Below are positions 37,653-51,616 of a stretch of DNA of 64,000 nucleotides, in pieces. The notes beneath the pieces are model-generated. The model searched no databases. It was not told where the DNA came from and saw only the letters and a list, made by a program, of their open reading frames with translations. This DNA comes from Eledone cirrhosa (taxonomy: Eukaryota), in assembly GCA_964016885.1 (NCBI GenBank), contig OZ024746.1, positions 16,120,001 to 16,184,000 on the forward strand, in the 5' to 3' direction. Numbering within the stretch: position 1 is the stretch's first letter; every line of letters begins with the position of its first letter. Both the position numbers and the translations under genes were made by a program.

Positions 37653-39267
37653 ATCTAATGATAATGTAGAAAGTTAGAGAGGTACAATATGAAGAATTTT
37701 AAGGATGGGAGTTATAATGCTAATTGGGAGATCACAGCTCCAATATTATAGGCATGTGGTCAGAATATCTCAGGAAGGAATTGATGGATAGATTTTTATG
37801 GGCAGAACCAACAGGCAGGAGATCGAGTGGTAAACCCCTAGCAAGATGGTTGGATAACATCCATGAGCTCAACTGATCTTGCTTGAGGATCTGGTTGGAT
37901 CAATTGGGGATGGTTTCATCTGACAAGACCTGCTGGAATGAGTGTTTAAGGACCCTGCCCTCATGACCTTCCCAGGATTAAGTCTTCGAAGAAGTTAAAA
38001 TACTAAAAAGATGAGAGATATTAGGAATAGTAGCAATATATATGGCTGAAAATTAGTTCATGTGAATTAAAATTGAAATAGTAATGAAAGTATTGTTTTA
38101 AAATATGATTAAAACAATAAACAAAAAGAAAAAAGAAAAATGTTGGAGGTTGAGGGAGAAAAAAGGAATAATGGCTACTAGAGAATAGCCAGTGACACCC
38201 ACTGCATCAGCCATTCCACCTCTCTGACTCCTTTCTCAAGTAGGATGGCATTCCTCCTAATTTTGCAGAGGAAATGGGCAGTCCAGGGACTGGATGTGCT
38301 AGGTCTGTCTTTTGTGACCCCAGCATGGGTATTTTTTTCCATGACACCAGCACAACCACTTTACAGAGTGGACTAGATGCATTTTATCATAGTACAAATA
38401 CTTCTTTTCTAGAAGGTGTACTAGGTGCTTTTTACCATAATATGAATACTACTACTTTATAGGTTGTACTGGGTGCATTTTATCATGGCTTGAATTCCAC
38501 CACTTTACACAGTGTACTGGGTGCATTTTATTGCAAACCACCATCACACCACCTTTCGTATAGTTATCTCTGTTGCACATAAACACTGCCACCACCACCA
38601 CCACCATCATTTTCACCAGTATAGTTCACTATGCTGCAAACATCAAGGGCCATGTTTCTGATGTCGGATGCTCTGGGAAAAAATAGAAAAAAAGTCTTGG
38701 CTCTTATCCTTCCATCCCTGACCAAGTTGTAAGAAAAATAAAATAAAATAAGATAAAATAAAATAAGATAAATAAAATAAGATAAAATAAAATAAGATAA
38801 ATAAAATAAAATAAATAAAACAAATCAAATAAAATAGAATAGAATAAATAAAATAAAGAAAAACAAGAAGCATTTCAACACATTCCGGTACATTTACTGT
38901 CAGCTAATAACAAATTAGTTTATAACATATTTACATGATTAGATAGAAAGTAACTCACCTATATTTCAGTCCCACTTATGAAGTTGACACAACTTTAATG
39001 AGACACTAATAATATCACTAATGATAATAAATAATATAAAAAAAAATACAACCCACTTTCAAAAGTATTTTAAGTAGTTAAATAGCATTAAATTGATGTT
39101 TGAGAGAATTATTTGTTGACTGATATATTTATGGCAGTGTGAGAGAAAAAAAAAAAACTTTAAACATTAAAATATCGTAATGTTACTGATGATGACAATA
39201 TCAGTATTGATGACTACATTGATTACTGTAATAGAGGTGTTAATGAAATCAAAGGGAGCAGCCACCA

Positions 39268-39302
<35 letters not shown>

Positions 39303-39324
39303 GTTGTTCTTCTTACTATCATCA

Positions 39325-39363
<39 letters not shown>

Positions 39364-39364
<1 letters not shown>

Positions 39365-39862
39365 GGCAGTATCAGTAGAGCATCAGGCATGCTTTGCAGC
39401 ATAGAGTGACGGCCCTTTATGATCTGAGTTCAAATCCTGCCGAGGTTAACTTTGCCTTTCATCCTTACGGGGTCGATAAATAAAGCACCAGTAATGCACT
39501 GGGTTAATTGCTGGCCTTGTGCCAAAAGTAGAAAGAATTATTATTATTATTAAGGGCAGTGAATTGGCAGTATCGGTAGAGCGTCGGACATGCTTTCCAG
39601 CATAGTTACGTCCCTTTACGTTCTGAGTTCAAATCCTGCTGAGGTTAACTTTGCCTTTCGTCCTTCCGCGGTCGATAAAATAAAGTACCAGTAATGCACT
39701 GGTTAATTGCTGGCCTTGTGCCTAACGTAGAAACAGTTATTATTAAGGGCAGTGGTTTGGCAGTATTGGCAGAGCATCAGACACCATGCTTTTCAGCATA
39801 GTTATGGTCCTTTACGTTCTGAGTTCATACTTATGGGGGTCAATAAATAAAGCACCAGTAAT
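39364..39862 (+). mobile_element. Three head-to-tail SINE S1 copies joined by (ATT)n
   Basis: Copies at ~39364, ~39553 and ~39746 (the last internally deleted). Confidence 0.9.
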
Positions 39863-39871
39863 GCTACTACC

Positions 39872-39914
<43 letters not shown>

Positions 39915-40134
39915 TCCCCTCCACCACCACCACTGCTGTTGCCGATGTCATTTCATGCAAGTTTAACTAATTTACTATGTTTCCCTTTCAAATTAGTTTT
40001 GTTTAAATTATTTAGTTGTTTTTTTTGTTGTTGTTTTGTAGGAATTAAGCAATCTTATTATACATATTTGATTATGATTACTAAACTGTGATGGTGTATT
40101 ATTCAGATTGAATGTATATATAAATATATATATA

Positions 40135-40312
40135 TTTAATATGAAAAGGCTTCTACAGGACTAGAACTGTTTAATTCGGGTGAATGATGATTTCTCCCGA
40201 ATGAAACAGTTCTAGTCCTGTAGAAGCCTTTCTATATTAAATATTTATACTCTGCTTTGTATTGAGTACCTTACTTACTGTGGTTACCCCCGATTGAACC
40301 CGGGATAAACTT
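40135..40312 (+). mobile_element. Foldback element family C, copy 2, in (TA)n
   Basis: Arms ~40135-40183 / ~40190-40241; centre TGATGATTTCTCCCGAATGAAACAGTTC. Confidence 0.85.
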
Positions 40313-40324
40313 ATATATATATAT

Positions 40325-43070
40325 CATCATCATCATCATCATCATCATCGTTTAACGTCCATATTCCACGCTTGCATGGGTTTGGACGAGAGTTTTCCCA
40401 CTTGAGGCAAGATTGGTTGTCTTGCTCGCATAGGACTGTCTGGCAGGTTCTCTATGGCTGGATGCCCTTCCTAACACCAACCCCATTTACAGTGTGGGAC
40501 TGGGAGGTTTTTACCGTGTTACCTACACGGCCACATTACAGCGTGGACTGTGTGTTTTTTTGTCGTGACACCTACACGATCTCATTTGTTTCGGCCTGGA
40601 TGTTGTGGCATCAACATAACTTTACATTGAAAGGGGTGGCGTGGATGGGGTGGGGGTGGTGGGACGGGGGTGTATTTTGTTAGAGGTGCCTACTGACTGT
40701 AGTAGGTTTCACTTTGTACTTAGGTAAGGCGGGTCTTCTCTATTACTGAGTACCGCCAAATATCTCGGTCCAGTGACATTGTCTTGGAGAGGTGTAAGCG
40801 TGTGAGGTCGGAATTTATCAAGTCGTCCCAGGTTTTTCTGGGTCTGCCTACTCCGTGGCTTCCGTCTAATTTTATGGCCCTGCACTTTTTTATACAGCTG
40901 TCATCTTTCATGCGCATCACGTGACCATACCAACGTAGTCTTCTCTCGAGTAAACAACATCTGATCCCTCTTATTTCTAATTTTTCCCTTAGTTCGTTTA
41001 TGCTTTGCCGTTCACGTATATTACTATTACACATCCAGCGGAGCATGCAAGCTTCGTTCCTCTCCAGTCTGCGTATATCCTCTGCACACAATGCCCGGGT
41101 CTCACTGCCATGTAACATTTCTGTTCGTATGCAGGCATCATACAGCCTGCCTTTCATTTTTAGGGAGAACCCTTTAGTGGCTAATAGTGGTATAAGCTCT
41201 CTGAACTTTTTCCATCCAGTTCTGACTCTAGCTACTGTACTTTCAGAGCACCCTCCCCCACTGCTGATTTTGTCACCCAGGTAACGGAAGCTGTCCACTA
41301 TTTCTATAGAACCATCTGTGCAATGGAATGAGCTAGTATTTTGTGGGCACTTGCTGCTACTTATTGCACCAGAGCACCGGCCACATATAAAATCTATGTT
41401 CTTAGTTAGCTTACCTGTGATCCCACTACATCTTTTATGCACCCATACTTTGCATTTGGGACATAAAATGGAGTTTCTACCTACTCCTTTCCTACACACT
41501 GAGCATGGCCATTTCCTGGATGGGACCGGGCCCTATTTTCCTTCCTACAAACTAGAACTTTAGTCTTAGACAGGTTAATTTTAAGGCCTTTTGATTCTAG
41601 GCCATGCTTCCATGTTTTGAATTTCTTCTCTAGTTCAGCCATTGATTCAGCTATGAGCGTTAGATCATCTGCGTATAGGAGTTCCCATGGGCAGCCGGTC
41701 TTGAACTCCACTGTTATAGCCTGAAGGGCAATAATAAATAGTAGGCAGCTAAGAACGGAGCCCTGATGAACAGCAACTTTTACACTAAACTCTTCACTAT
41801 ATTCGTTGTTAATTCTAACCTTGCTGACTGTTTCTTTATACATGGCTTGTATAGCTCTCACAAGCCATTCATCAACACCTAGTTTTCTAAGAGCCCACCA
41901 GATAATGGAACGGGGGACTCTGTCGAAGGCTTTCTCCAAGTCGACAAAAGTATAGGGGTTTACTTTTAGCTAGGTACTTCTCCTGCAGTTGTCGTACAAT
42001 GAAAAGAGCGTCTGTGGTACTTTTACCTGACACAAACCCGAACTGCATTTCATCTAGATCAATTCTCTCTCTGATTAGTTGCACTATTACTTTTTCTGTG
42101 ACCTTCATGACCTGGTCGATTAATTTAATGCCTCTATAGTTACTCCTATCTAGGGCATCTCCTTTACCCTTGTAGCAGTTAATGATGATGCTGCTACGCC
42201 AGTCCTTCGGAACAACCCCATTCTGTACGACTTGGTTTACTATCCGGGTGACATGGTGTGTCCCACCATTCCAGAAGCTTTCAGCATTTCAGCAACTATT
42301 TCCGAAGGCCCAGCAGCCTTACCCGTCTTCATATCTTTGATTGCCTTACTTATTATACTACCTTCGACTAACACTGCTGGTCCCTCTATTGGGTCGATGT
42401 GGGGGAGACTGTCTTTCTCCCATTTATTCTCGTCATTTAGTAGCCTTTCGTAGTGACACTTCCAAGCTACCTTCTTATCAGTGTCAGTGATGGCAAGTAC
42501 ACCATCATCATTAAGGACACACTTCTCCCCGACAGTATCACGGTTTTCCTTGACACATTGCCTAGCAATCCTGAACACCTCACGTTTTTGGTCCTCGCGT
42601 TGTAGAACATGCTTGAACTTTCTTTCCTCTGCTTCCCTTCTTGCAAAGTACACTTGTCTCCTAGCTTCCCTCCTGGCCACTTGATAGTCTTCTCTACTTC
42701 CCCCATCCCGCCATATTTTCCAAGCCTGCTTTTTGGCCTTAATTGACCCCTCCACCTTACTGTTCCACCACCATGTTACTCTCCTCCTGCCTATAGGCCT
42801 GCTCCAGCCACAGACTTCGTCTGCCGCCATCAGCAGGTTTGCTTTCAGGAATTCCCACTGTTCCTCTATATTGTACGACTTTAAATGCTCTTCCTTACTG
42901 TCGAAAGCATCAAGTAATATGCTTTTAAATTTATTTCTGGCTGTGGGGTCCTTTGGCTTCCATATTTTTCTCCTGAGGATAGTCCTCTTCTGTTGCCGAG
43001 TACGTCTCGTCCTGACTATGAGGTCACTAATTATCAGTCTATGTTGGGAGGTGCATTCTTCATGGGGGAG
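40325..43070 (-). mobile_element. 5'-truncated RTE-clade LINE; frameshifted reverse transcriptase pseudogene with C4HC3 PHD-type finger
   Basis: Consecutive ORFs 42240-42830, 41887-42108, 41481-41939 and 40720-41499 with QFGF, EKAFDRVP, VHQGSVLS, YADD, FRYLG, LRWYGHVMR, GRPRKTW; ~370-bp 3' UTR and (TGA)n tail. Confidence 0.97.
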
Positions 43071-43088
43071 GGATATATATATTTATTA

Positions 43089-43289
43089 CAATAACAGATT
43101 AAAGTTTAAGCAAAGAATCGCTGCTTTCACCTATACCGGGATCTTCTGTTCAGAGTGAAAGCAGCGATTCTTTTCTTAAACTTTAATCTGTTATTTTAAT
43201 AAATATTTGCACTAGGGTTCTTATATATTTGATATATATTTATCCTTATTGAGCCCTCTTTGGATTTTAGTCTTCACATTTATTATTAT

Positions 43290-43293
<4 letters not shown>
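43089..43293 (+). mobile_element. Foldback element family A, copy 2
   Basis: Arms 43090-43130 / 43155-43195 and tail nearly identical to 2399-2582; different loop; followed by (TA)n. Confidence 0.85.
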
Positions 43294-43387
<94 letters not shown>

Positions 43388-43511
43388 TTCATGCATGGAG
43401 ATGCTATAAAATGATTTATAAAAAGACAGCAAAAGAAGTTGCCATTAGCCACTATTTGGAATTGAACTCCAAATCACCCAAATACTGACTAAGTGCTCTG
43501 AACCTTTAAAC

Positions 43512-45235
43512 CACAGGTTCTCAACCCATTTAGGCCAAACGCCCCCTTTTGTCCCTCGAAATCACAAAACGCCCTCCTACCCTATTTTTCCATTTTTCAA
43601 TATACTACTGATTTTGATATCAGTAGATTACTAAAAAATTGATGAACAATATTCCAAAGATACCATTGCAGGCAGCTGAGAGTATAAATATATTCCTTGA
43701 AAGGAAATATATAAATTTCAAAAAAAGGAACATAAATGTTCTTTTTTATGAATAAGGACCAGTTGAATTTGTTATATTCCCACCAGGTGATACCAGCTAT
43801 TTTGAACATTTATACAAGAGCAACTCTGTCTATCCCAAGAGTGCTATTATCTGGAAGAAAGTGGCAATTATATCATTTCAAAGCTTTCCAATTTTCCCTT
43901 TAATGAAACGGACAGAATAAATGTTGATATCTAACTTGATGTTCCCTCTGCTTTGTGAGCTTAGAGGCCACGGAAGAGGGTTTTCATGACCATGCGGGAG
44001 GGTATATTTATTAGTAAATGGTAAAATATATACAACAAATGTGTAAGTGAATTGTAGTAGATGGTTTCCAGTCCATTCAGACTGCAACTACAAATAAAAA
44101 ATTGTTAGTTTGCTTTGTAACAATAGCATATCCAAGTTTTCTGATAAATCAACTTACTTTAACTTTGACCTCATTTCAATGGGACCTTTGAGCTTCATGG
44201 AGTCTAGCTAACTCTTTGACGTGGGGCTGAATTTTCCTAAGATGTAGACAGATCTCCACGTGTAATTACATTGTAGCGGTTGCGAGACTTACTGTGCAGT
44301 CTGGAAACAGCACCAAACCTCCGCTCGACTAAGTATGAGCTTGGAAAAGGCAGAGAAAATCTATTAGCCTCTGCATGTGGGTCTGGAAATCGATGCTGAA
44401 TTTCCTCTTGCATCCCAAAAAGGAGTTCACCTATTTTGGGAAATCTAATTTTGATCATGTCATGGCTTGAAGTTCAATGAATTCTTCCTGAAATTTAACA
44501 TCCAAATTGTCAACGTTAGCTATGAAGGGATCTGCTATCCACATTGGGATGTCCATCGGCAAAAGGTCGACAAACCATTCTCTCATGTTGTCTTGTAGCG
44601 CACGGAGGTGAGTGGTATAAATTTGGAGTTGGTCATCGGTTACAATGTTTTGAACATTGGTGACACTAGGAAAATTATAGAATTCCCGTCAACAAAGATT
44701 CCTTTCGATGACATTCAATTTGGCCAGGAATATTTTCACAGCATTCCTTGCTTTAAGCAAGGTGATCTTCTTCCCCTGCAAAGCCAAAATGACGCTATTG
44801 CATTTGTCGAAGATGTTGGTGAGGTAGGCGCAGTCTAGCCTCACATCGAGGGTTTTCTTGTACAGTTCTGTGTTGCGTCCTCACAGAAACTCAATGATAG
44901 AGTCGAAGAATTCAAAGAAGTGAGTAAAGCACTTGCCCTTTGAAAGCCACCTCACTTCAGTATGAAGGAGCAACTTGACGAATTCTTTGTCTTTATCTTG
45001 GCACAGTTACTGGAAAATTCCTTCATTGAGGGAATGCCGTTTGATAAAATTGATGACATCAATGGCCACCTGCAAGGACTTGCTCAGCGGCTTGCTGAGT
45101 TTCTTCAAAGCCAAGTGTTGTCGATGAATGATACAATGAACAGCAAATACAGATAGATTTTCTCTCTTCAGAAGAGTGACGAAACCCTTATGTTGGCCGA
45201 CCATTGCTCTTGCGTTGTCCATAGCACCTGATACA
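43512..45235 (-). mobile_element. Degenerate hAT (Charlie/Buster-type) DNA transposon, 5'-truncated
   Basis: Transposase pieces DNARAMVG...VHCIIHRQHL, LLLHTEVRWLSKG and FPSSYLVE...KSRNR; terminus CACAGGTTCTCAACC preceded by CTTTAAAC (Buster-like target). Confidence 0.88.
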
Positions 45236-45236
45236 A

Positions 45237-45545
45237 TGTGTGTTGTATGTGGTCCTAGATGTATGTATTACCTGCCTGTGTGTTGTATGTAGTCCTATAT
45301 GTAAGTATTACCTGCTTATGTGTTGTATGTGGTCCTAGATGTGTGTATTACCTCCTTATGTGTTGTATGTGGTCCTAGATGTATGTATTACCTGATTGTG
45401 TTGTATGTGGTCCTAGATGTTTGTATTACCTGATTATGTGTTGTATGTGGTCCTATATGTAAGTATTACCTGCTTATGTGTTGTATGTGGTCCTAGATGT
45501 TTGTATTACCTGATTATGTGTTGTATGTGGTCCTAGATGTTTGTG
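45237..45545. repeat. Minisatellite, ~40-bp unit, ~8 copies
   Basis: TGTGTTGTATGTGGTCCTAGATGTATGTATTACCTGCTTA. Confidence 0.95.
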
Positions 45546-47072
45546 TGCTACCCGCTTCTGTTTTTTCTTTTCTTTTTTTTTTATTTGTAATATTATTTAT
45601 ACAATAGGGAATAAAATAAATCTACATGCTGTTAACTCGTTACGGTTGAGTCAATAATTTCAGGCATGAAATACATTGTTATCGGTGAAGGAAAGTGTCC
45701 TTGAGCCAGTTCACTGGGTTTTTCCATTTTTAGGATCTCAATTACCAGTTAATGTCTCAATTACCAGATACGTCTGCACACCAGCTCACAGCTGCGGTCA
45801 GACTATAGTTATGCTGTCTGCAAGCTCATTCAAATGCATTCACACTGGCTGTCTCAAAGACATACAAATGTTTTATACAAAGACATACAAATATTTTATA
45901 ACAAACAGTTTTATATTGTAAAATTTGGGCTAGTTTCAGGAAGTTTATTATCAAAAGGATTAAACTAAGCAACCAATCAAATTCCTCCACCAATGGAGTC
46001 ACACCCACTATTAATAGTTTAACTCAGCAACTAACAAACAGATTAGTCATGTTGATAATCAGAATTTTGAAAACAAGCTGTCTAAATTATAAAGCACTTT
46101 TAAAAATTTTATTTTGAAAATCAGTTGTCTTAAATATAAAATACTTTAAAATTCTCATTTTAAAAATCCATTTTCTAAATTATAAAGTACTTTTAAAACT
46201 TTATTTTAAACTGCTCATCCTGAAGCCTTGCAAAGTGATTCGAAAAGCAAAACAACACAAAAACAAAACAAAAATCATTTAAAATTCAAAACAGAGGGAA
46301 ATTTCTCAATTTAGAATTCCAATACACTTGTTCCCAAAAGCATCTTGTTCCAGAAATCACCAAAATTTGAGGAGGAAGAAAAGGAGGAGGAGATGAAGCA
46401 GCTTTTCACTAAATATATCTTAGCAACTAAGTATACGATATGTCTGAAAAATATGGTTATTGTTGCTGTTGTTTTATATTTTTTCTTTATTCAGATATAG
46501 TATTTGTATTAGTTTCAATTTGTGAGCTTAGTGAATAGATTCTGCTTAATGTTGTAGCTTAATATATACAACAATTTGATATATTTTCATAGCTTAGAAA
46601 TTGCTCAATAGAAAATACAGATACACACAACAAAACCATATTCTATGATTCTAATCTCTTTGGTTTTGGATATTTTATAAAAAAATTTTTTAACTTTTTA
46701 AAATTTGTTTTAAATATTTAATTTATTCTCATTTCAAAGTCTTTTTATGTTTCCTGGCTTGCTTCCATCAAACTTATTAAGAAGAACAGATTAATTCTCC
46801 GATAGAAGGCAGTTCGAATTTCAAGTAAACTAAATTCAATAGCAGAATGTAAAAATATCGAGACAATCGTAAAGATAGTAACCAATTCTCCAATACTTCA
46901 ATTCTTGTCTAACCTGCAAAACATTATTTTGGAAAATTTGAAGGATGAAGAAAGAAAGGATACATATATATATATATATATTTGTATATATATATATATT
47001 TGTATATATATATATATATATATAGATAGATAGATAGATACACACACACATACATACACACACATATGTATG

Positions 47073-47108
<36 letters not shown>

Positions 47109-47403
47109 CACACACACATAAAGAATGCATACATTCATACACACATACACATGCAAACATTCATACACACATACACATGCATACATACATACAAACACAC
47201 ACATACATACACATATATACACATACATGCATGCATACACACACACATACATACTCATATAAATACATACATAAATACATACATACATACGCACATACAT
47301 AAACACATACATAAACACACATACATAAACACACATACATACATACATACATACATACATACATACATACATACATTCATACATACATACATACATACAT
47401 ACA

Positions 47404-47434
<31 letters not shown>

Positions 47435-47653
47435 CAAACATAAAATAGTTTCAATTGTTTTCAGCTTTGTGACATCAACAATCTTTTTAATTTATCTAAG
47501 ATATTTCAAACTGTTAACTTCATTTAAACATTAATAGGATGAAACAGTGGTGTATAGTAGGGGAGGGGGTTAGGAGAGTGAGAGGGGTGAACTAGCTGTG
47601 CTTGTGTCATGTAGATGAAGTCATGCTACAAGAGTGCTATAATAATAATAAGA

Positions 47654-47685
<32 letters not shown>

Positions 47686-48121
47686 GAAGAAGAAGAAGAA
47701 ATAAAGATACTAATAATGAAAATGATAATAATAAGAGATGATAATAACAATAATAATGAGGAAAATGATAATTTTTGTTTCATTCCAACAATATTTTTGT
47801 TTCATTAATGATAAGAATATCTTCAGTGCTTGTTTTCCTCTCACCTCTCCCACCTGCTAGTCAGCATTATTTGTAACCTTTTAACAAATCAGGAGATTTT
47901 TAAAGCAAATGGAAACAAGTTCTAAACCAGCCAGTAACTAGATTCTGTTTAATTCCTCAACAGAGGTAAAAAAGTTGATTGGTTGGTTCTATTTAAACCC
48001 TGATGGAGTCATAGGAGCATTGTTCTGACATGCAGCATATCTTGGTTATTGTTTAAATCTAGGGGAGCCCATCATCACTATAGGTGTGATCACAGATGAT
48101 TTCTTCCAGAGAAAAAAAGAA

Positions 48122-48680
48122 TCAACCCAAGTATTAGATTAGTACTTTATTTATCAACCTTGAAAGGATGAAAGGTAAAGTTGACCTTAGCGGAATTTAA
48201 ACTCAGAGAGCTGGAACATGTACTCAGCTATTTTTAATCTGATGCTCTAATAACACTTCCACTTCAGTATCTTTAAGATGTTGGTAAAATAAAGTACCAG
48301 TCAAATGTTGGGGTAGATTTAATCAACATTTCTTTTCCTCAAATTGCTGACTTTGTACCTAAATTAAAAACCTTTGTTTAAATCCTGCCGAGGTTAACTT
48401 TGCCTTTCATCCTTATGGGGTCGATAAAATAAAGTACCAGTAACATACTGGGTAATTGCTGGCCTTGTGCCAAAAGTAGAAACCATTATTATGTAGGGCA
48501 GTAAATTGGCAGTAATCAGTTGAGCATCGAACAACGTTTTGTGGCTTAGATTTATGTCCCTTTATGTTCTGAATTCAAATACCATCAAGGTTAACTTTGC
48601 CTTTCATCCTTACGGGGTCAATAAAATAAAGTACCAGTAATGCACTGATATAAATTTAATCAACTTTCCCCTCCCCAAAT
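48122..48680. mobile_element. SINE S1 cluster: one antisense copy (48122-48270) followed by sense copies
   Basis: Core motif in both orientations. Confidence 0.8.
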
Positions 48681-49049
48681 TATGTAGAAATTGGGGAAAT
48701 CATGAGTGTCAATATTTGTTTTGATTCTTCAAGTTCTTAGTTCAAATCTCACCAAAGAGATCAACTTTACGTCTCATCTTACTTGGGTGATAAAATACTG
48801 CATAGTGTAGCTTGGACTGCACTAGCCTGTGTGTTCTTTATACAAAAGACTAAGATATAATATGAGAAAGATTTGGCTGTTATTTCTAGCAGGTCAAAAA
48901 ACGACACAGAGGCTTCCTCATTAATGGAAAAATAGCATAGTAAATGTTTTACATCATTCATTTCAGAGCTCCAAAAGTTCAAATTCTACTTGAGTCAACG
49001 TTTATTTTTATTTCTGGACACAATAGAACAAGTACCAGGGTGGTAGACT

Positions 49050-49450
49050 TAATCTTTCACCTGGTTTAACACCACCACCTCATCCCTGGTAGATTTAATC
49101 AGTCACCTAGTTTAACACCACCACCTAGTCCTTGGTAAACTTAATTAGTCACCTAGTTTAACACCACCACCTAGTCCCTGGTAGATCTAATTAGTCACCT
49201 AGTTTAACACCACCACCTAGTCCCTGGTAGATCTAATTAGTCACCTAGTTTAACACCACCACCTAGTCCTTGGTAAACTTAATTAGTCACCTAGTTTAAC
49301 ACCACCACCTAGTCCTTGGTAAACTTAATTAGTCACCTAGTTTAACACCACCACCTAGTCCTTGGTAGATCTAATCAGTCGCCTAGTTTACCATCACCAC
49401 CTAGTCCTTGGTAGATCTAATCAGTCGCCTAGTTTACCATCACCACCTAC
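49050..49450. repeat. Minisatellite, 46-bp unit, ~8 copies
   Basis: CACCTAGTTTAACACCACCACCTAGTCCTTGGTAGATCTAATTAGT. Confidence 0.95.
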
Positions 49451-50139
49451 TCCTTTCAGAACCTTTAGCATTTGGGCTAGGTTTAAGGATACTTTGCTTC
49501 CACCAGTCAGGGAGGACCTGTAAAGTGTAATGGGCACTGCCCTTCCTTCCCTGGCTAATAAACAGCACCTGATGACTATGTTACATATTTCATCGCTCTT
49601 CCATTCTGCACCACAGTGTTCAATCGAAGGAGATGGTCATAAATTGGACCTTAAAACCTTAGGTAGTGCTTTTTGTTCCATGTATGAACATAAATAAATA
49701 ATATATCAGCTTTCATACAAGATTGAGCACAGTTTTCCTTTTTCACTTTTCACTTCCACTGATTTTTACTACATATACATGGACATTTTAACATACTCTA
49801 TATTGCACCCATCTCACGTCACCTTTCCACCCACCCCTTAAAAACATTAAGCACAGTCAAGTCATTATATATACATATTTTTTGTTTTTTAACTAATCTC
49901 TTATTTTTTTCTTTATAAATTCAAATTAGAATTTGGGAATAAATTTTTCATGAATTTATTAAAAGTTATTAATTAAAACAGTAAACTCCCAGAGGTTTTT
50001 CACAGAGATAGTAAAAAACTTGAATAAAATAGAACAAAGCTTTATCGGGTTGTAATAAAAACTTTTGTTTTGAATAAATATATGGTAATTATACTTCAAT
50101 TAAATTGATTTAATATACTTATTTAATCATTCAACAATT

Positions 50140-50595
50140 GACTAGAAACTAATGGAGGAGGCCAGTTGCTCCTGGATAGATATAGTCGGGGTTTCCTCAA
50201 CAAAGTTCCATGGTTCTGGTACTGTAGATTTTGATGAAGAATGGAAACTCCACTATTCAGATGCTACACCAGAAAATACTGCACAGGCAGGAGTGGGGAT
50301 ACTCTCAAGCCCCTGGCTGTGTCATATATCCTAATGGGAGACTTAAATGCGCATGTTAGTACTGACCACCTGACATGGAAGGAACAGTGATCATGATCTA
50401 AATATGAATGGAGAGGCCTTATTAGATTTCTATTCTAGCAATGGTCTCTAATGAACACCTTCTTCCAGCACAGAGACATCCATAAATAACTGTGTTTAAA
50501 AAGGGAATCAGGGACAGAGAGCAATAATTGATTTTGTTATTGTCTCTCATCTCCTCTTCGATTCTGTGCTGGATGCTTGTGTTAAGTGAGAGACC
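50140..50595 (+). mobile_element. Degraded AP-endonuclease fragment of an RTE-type LINE
   Basis: IDIVGVSSTK...AQAGVGIL, MGDLNAHV, NGEALLDF, NTFFQH and IDFVIV motifs across frameshifts. Confidence 0.8.
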
Positions 50596-50996
50596 AAATG
50601 ATTACAAGGCTGACCCCTTGACCATTCAGCCAGGTTGTGGTCACAATTAAGGAAATATGAAACTCCAAACTGTCCATTGCATTCTAGTATTGCAACCATT
50701 TCACTGTCCTGTAACAATGTTGATGATGTTGTTTATATAACTTTTTCTTGTCAACCATTTCAGCAGCAATTGAGAAAACTGGAAGAAAAGATAGAAATGA
50801 AGGTCAACTATTTAGAAAATTTATTTATCTTAAATCTGCATGAGAAACATTTAAACTGATGCTACTTTTGTTGTTATGCTTGCTGTTGCTGATGATGATG
50901 ATGATTTGCATGAAGAATGTTTTATCATTTATTGCTTGAGAGATACTTGGTGTATCACCAAATTAACAATTCATCTTATTTTATTTTATTTCACAG

Positions 50997-51125
50997 ACAT
51001 TGATGAGTGTACAACTCTAAAGAATATACCATGTCCTGGTCATTGTATTAATATTCCAGGATCTTACAGATGCAACTGTTCTGTTTCTGGATATGTAGAA
51101 AGCAGAAATCCACATTCCTGTAATG
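50997..51125 (+). CDS. Exon, calcium-binding EGF domain 1 (DIDECTTLKNIPCPGHCINIPGSYRCNCSVSGYVESRNPHSCN)
   Basis: TTTCACAG acceptor, GTAGG donor, 129 nt, phase 1-1, six Cys, D-x-D-E-C and C-x-N-x4-Y-x-C consensus. Confidence 0.95.
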
Positions 51126-51208
51126 GTAGGAAACTCAATTTTTTTATTGGCCTTTTTCTACCATAGTTCTTTCTCAATCTTCTTTATTATTTATCTTCAT
51201 TATTAGAA

Positions 51209-51402
51209 AGGGCGGTGGATTGGCAGTATCGGTAGAGGGTCTGACGCTATGCTTTGCAGCAAAGAGTTACGCCCCTTTATGGTTTGAGTTCAAATCCCGC
51301 CGAGGTTAACTTTGCCTTTCATCCTTACGGGGTCGATAAAATAAAGTACCAGTAAGGCACTGGATAATTGCTGGCATTGTGCCAAAAGTAGAAACAATTA
51401 TT
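51209..51402 (+). mobile_element. SINE S1, near-intact (intronic)
   Basis: Full head, core and tail. Confidence 0.9.
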
Positions 51403-51616
51403 AGAAAGGTAGATAATCTAGGAAACATTTATGTAGTGTCCCCTGCTAGAAATAATAACCACAACACACAACACCATCTTAAAAAGGAAGCACATATAAG
51501 ATAGTGTAGTCACTATGATACAATATGTTTATATGAAAGTGTAATAGTACAGCTGGAATGTTGGTGATCATTAATCTGCTTGATCAGGATTGACTGAGCT
51601 AAAACAATAACTACTG

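Noticed and set aside
38958-39005. Minus-strand segment with a strong GTGAGT donor
   Set aside because: Stops in all three frames; at most a non-coding exon and cannot be supported
45965-46435. Two CCAAT boxes, a TATA-like element and MKQLFTKYILAT|GT as first exon of the EGF gene
   Set aside because: Weak donor, phase 2 does not match the phase-1 EGF exon, no bridging exon found; such motifs are common in AT-rich DNA
48779-48982. Minus-strand ORF ending at an apparent GTAAGA donor
   Set aside because: The donor lies inside a degraded SINE core and the peptide is unrecognisable
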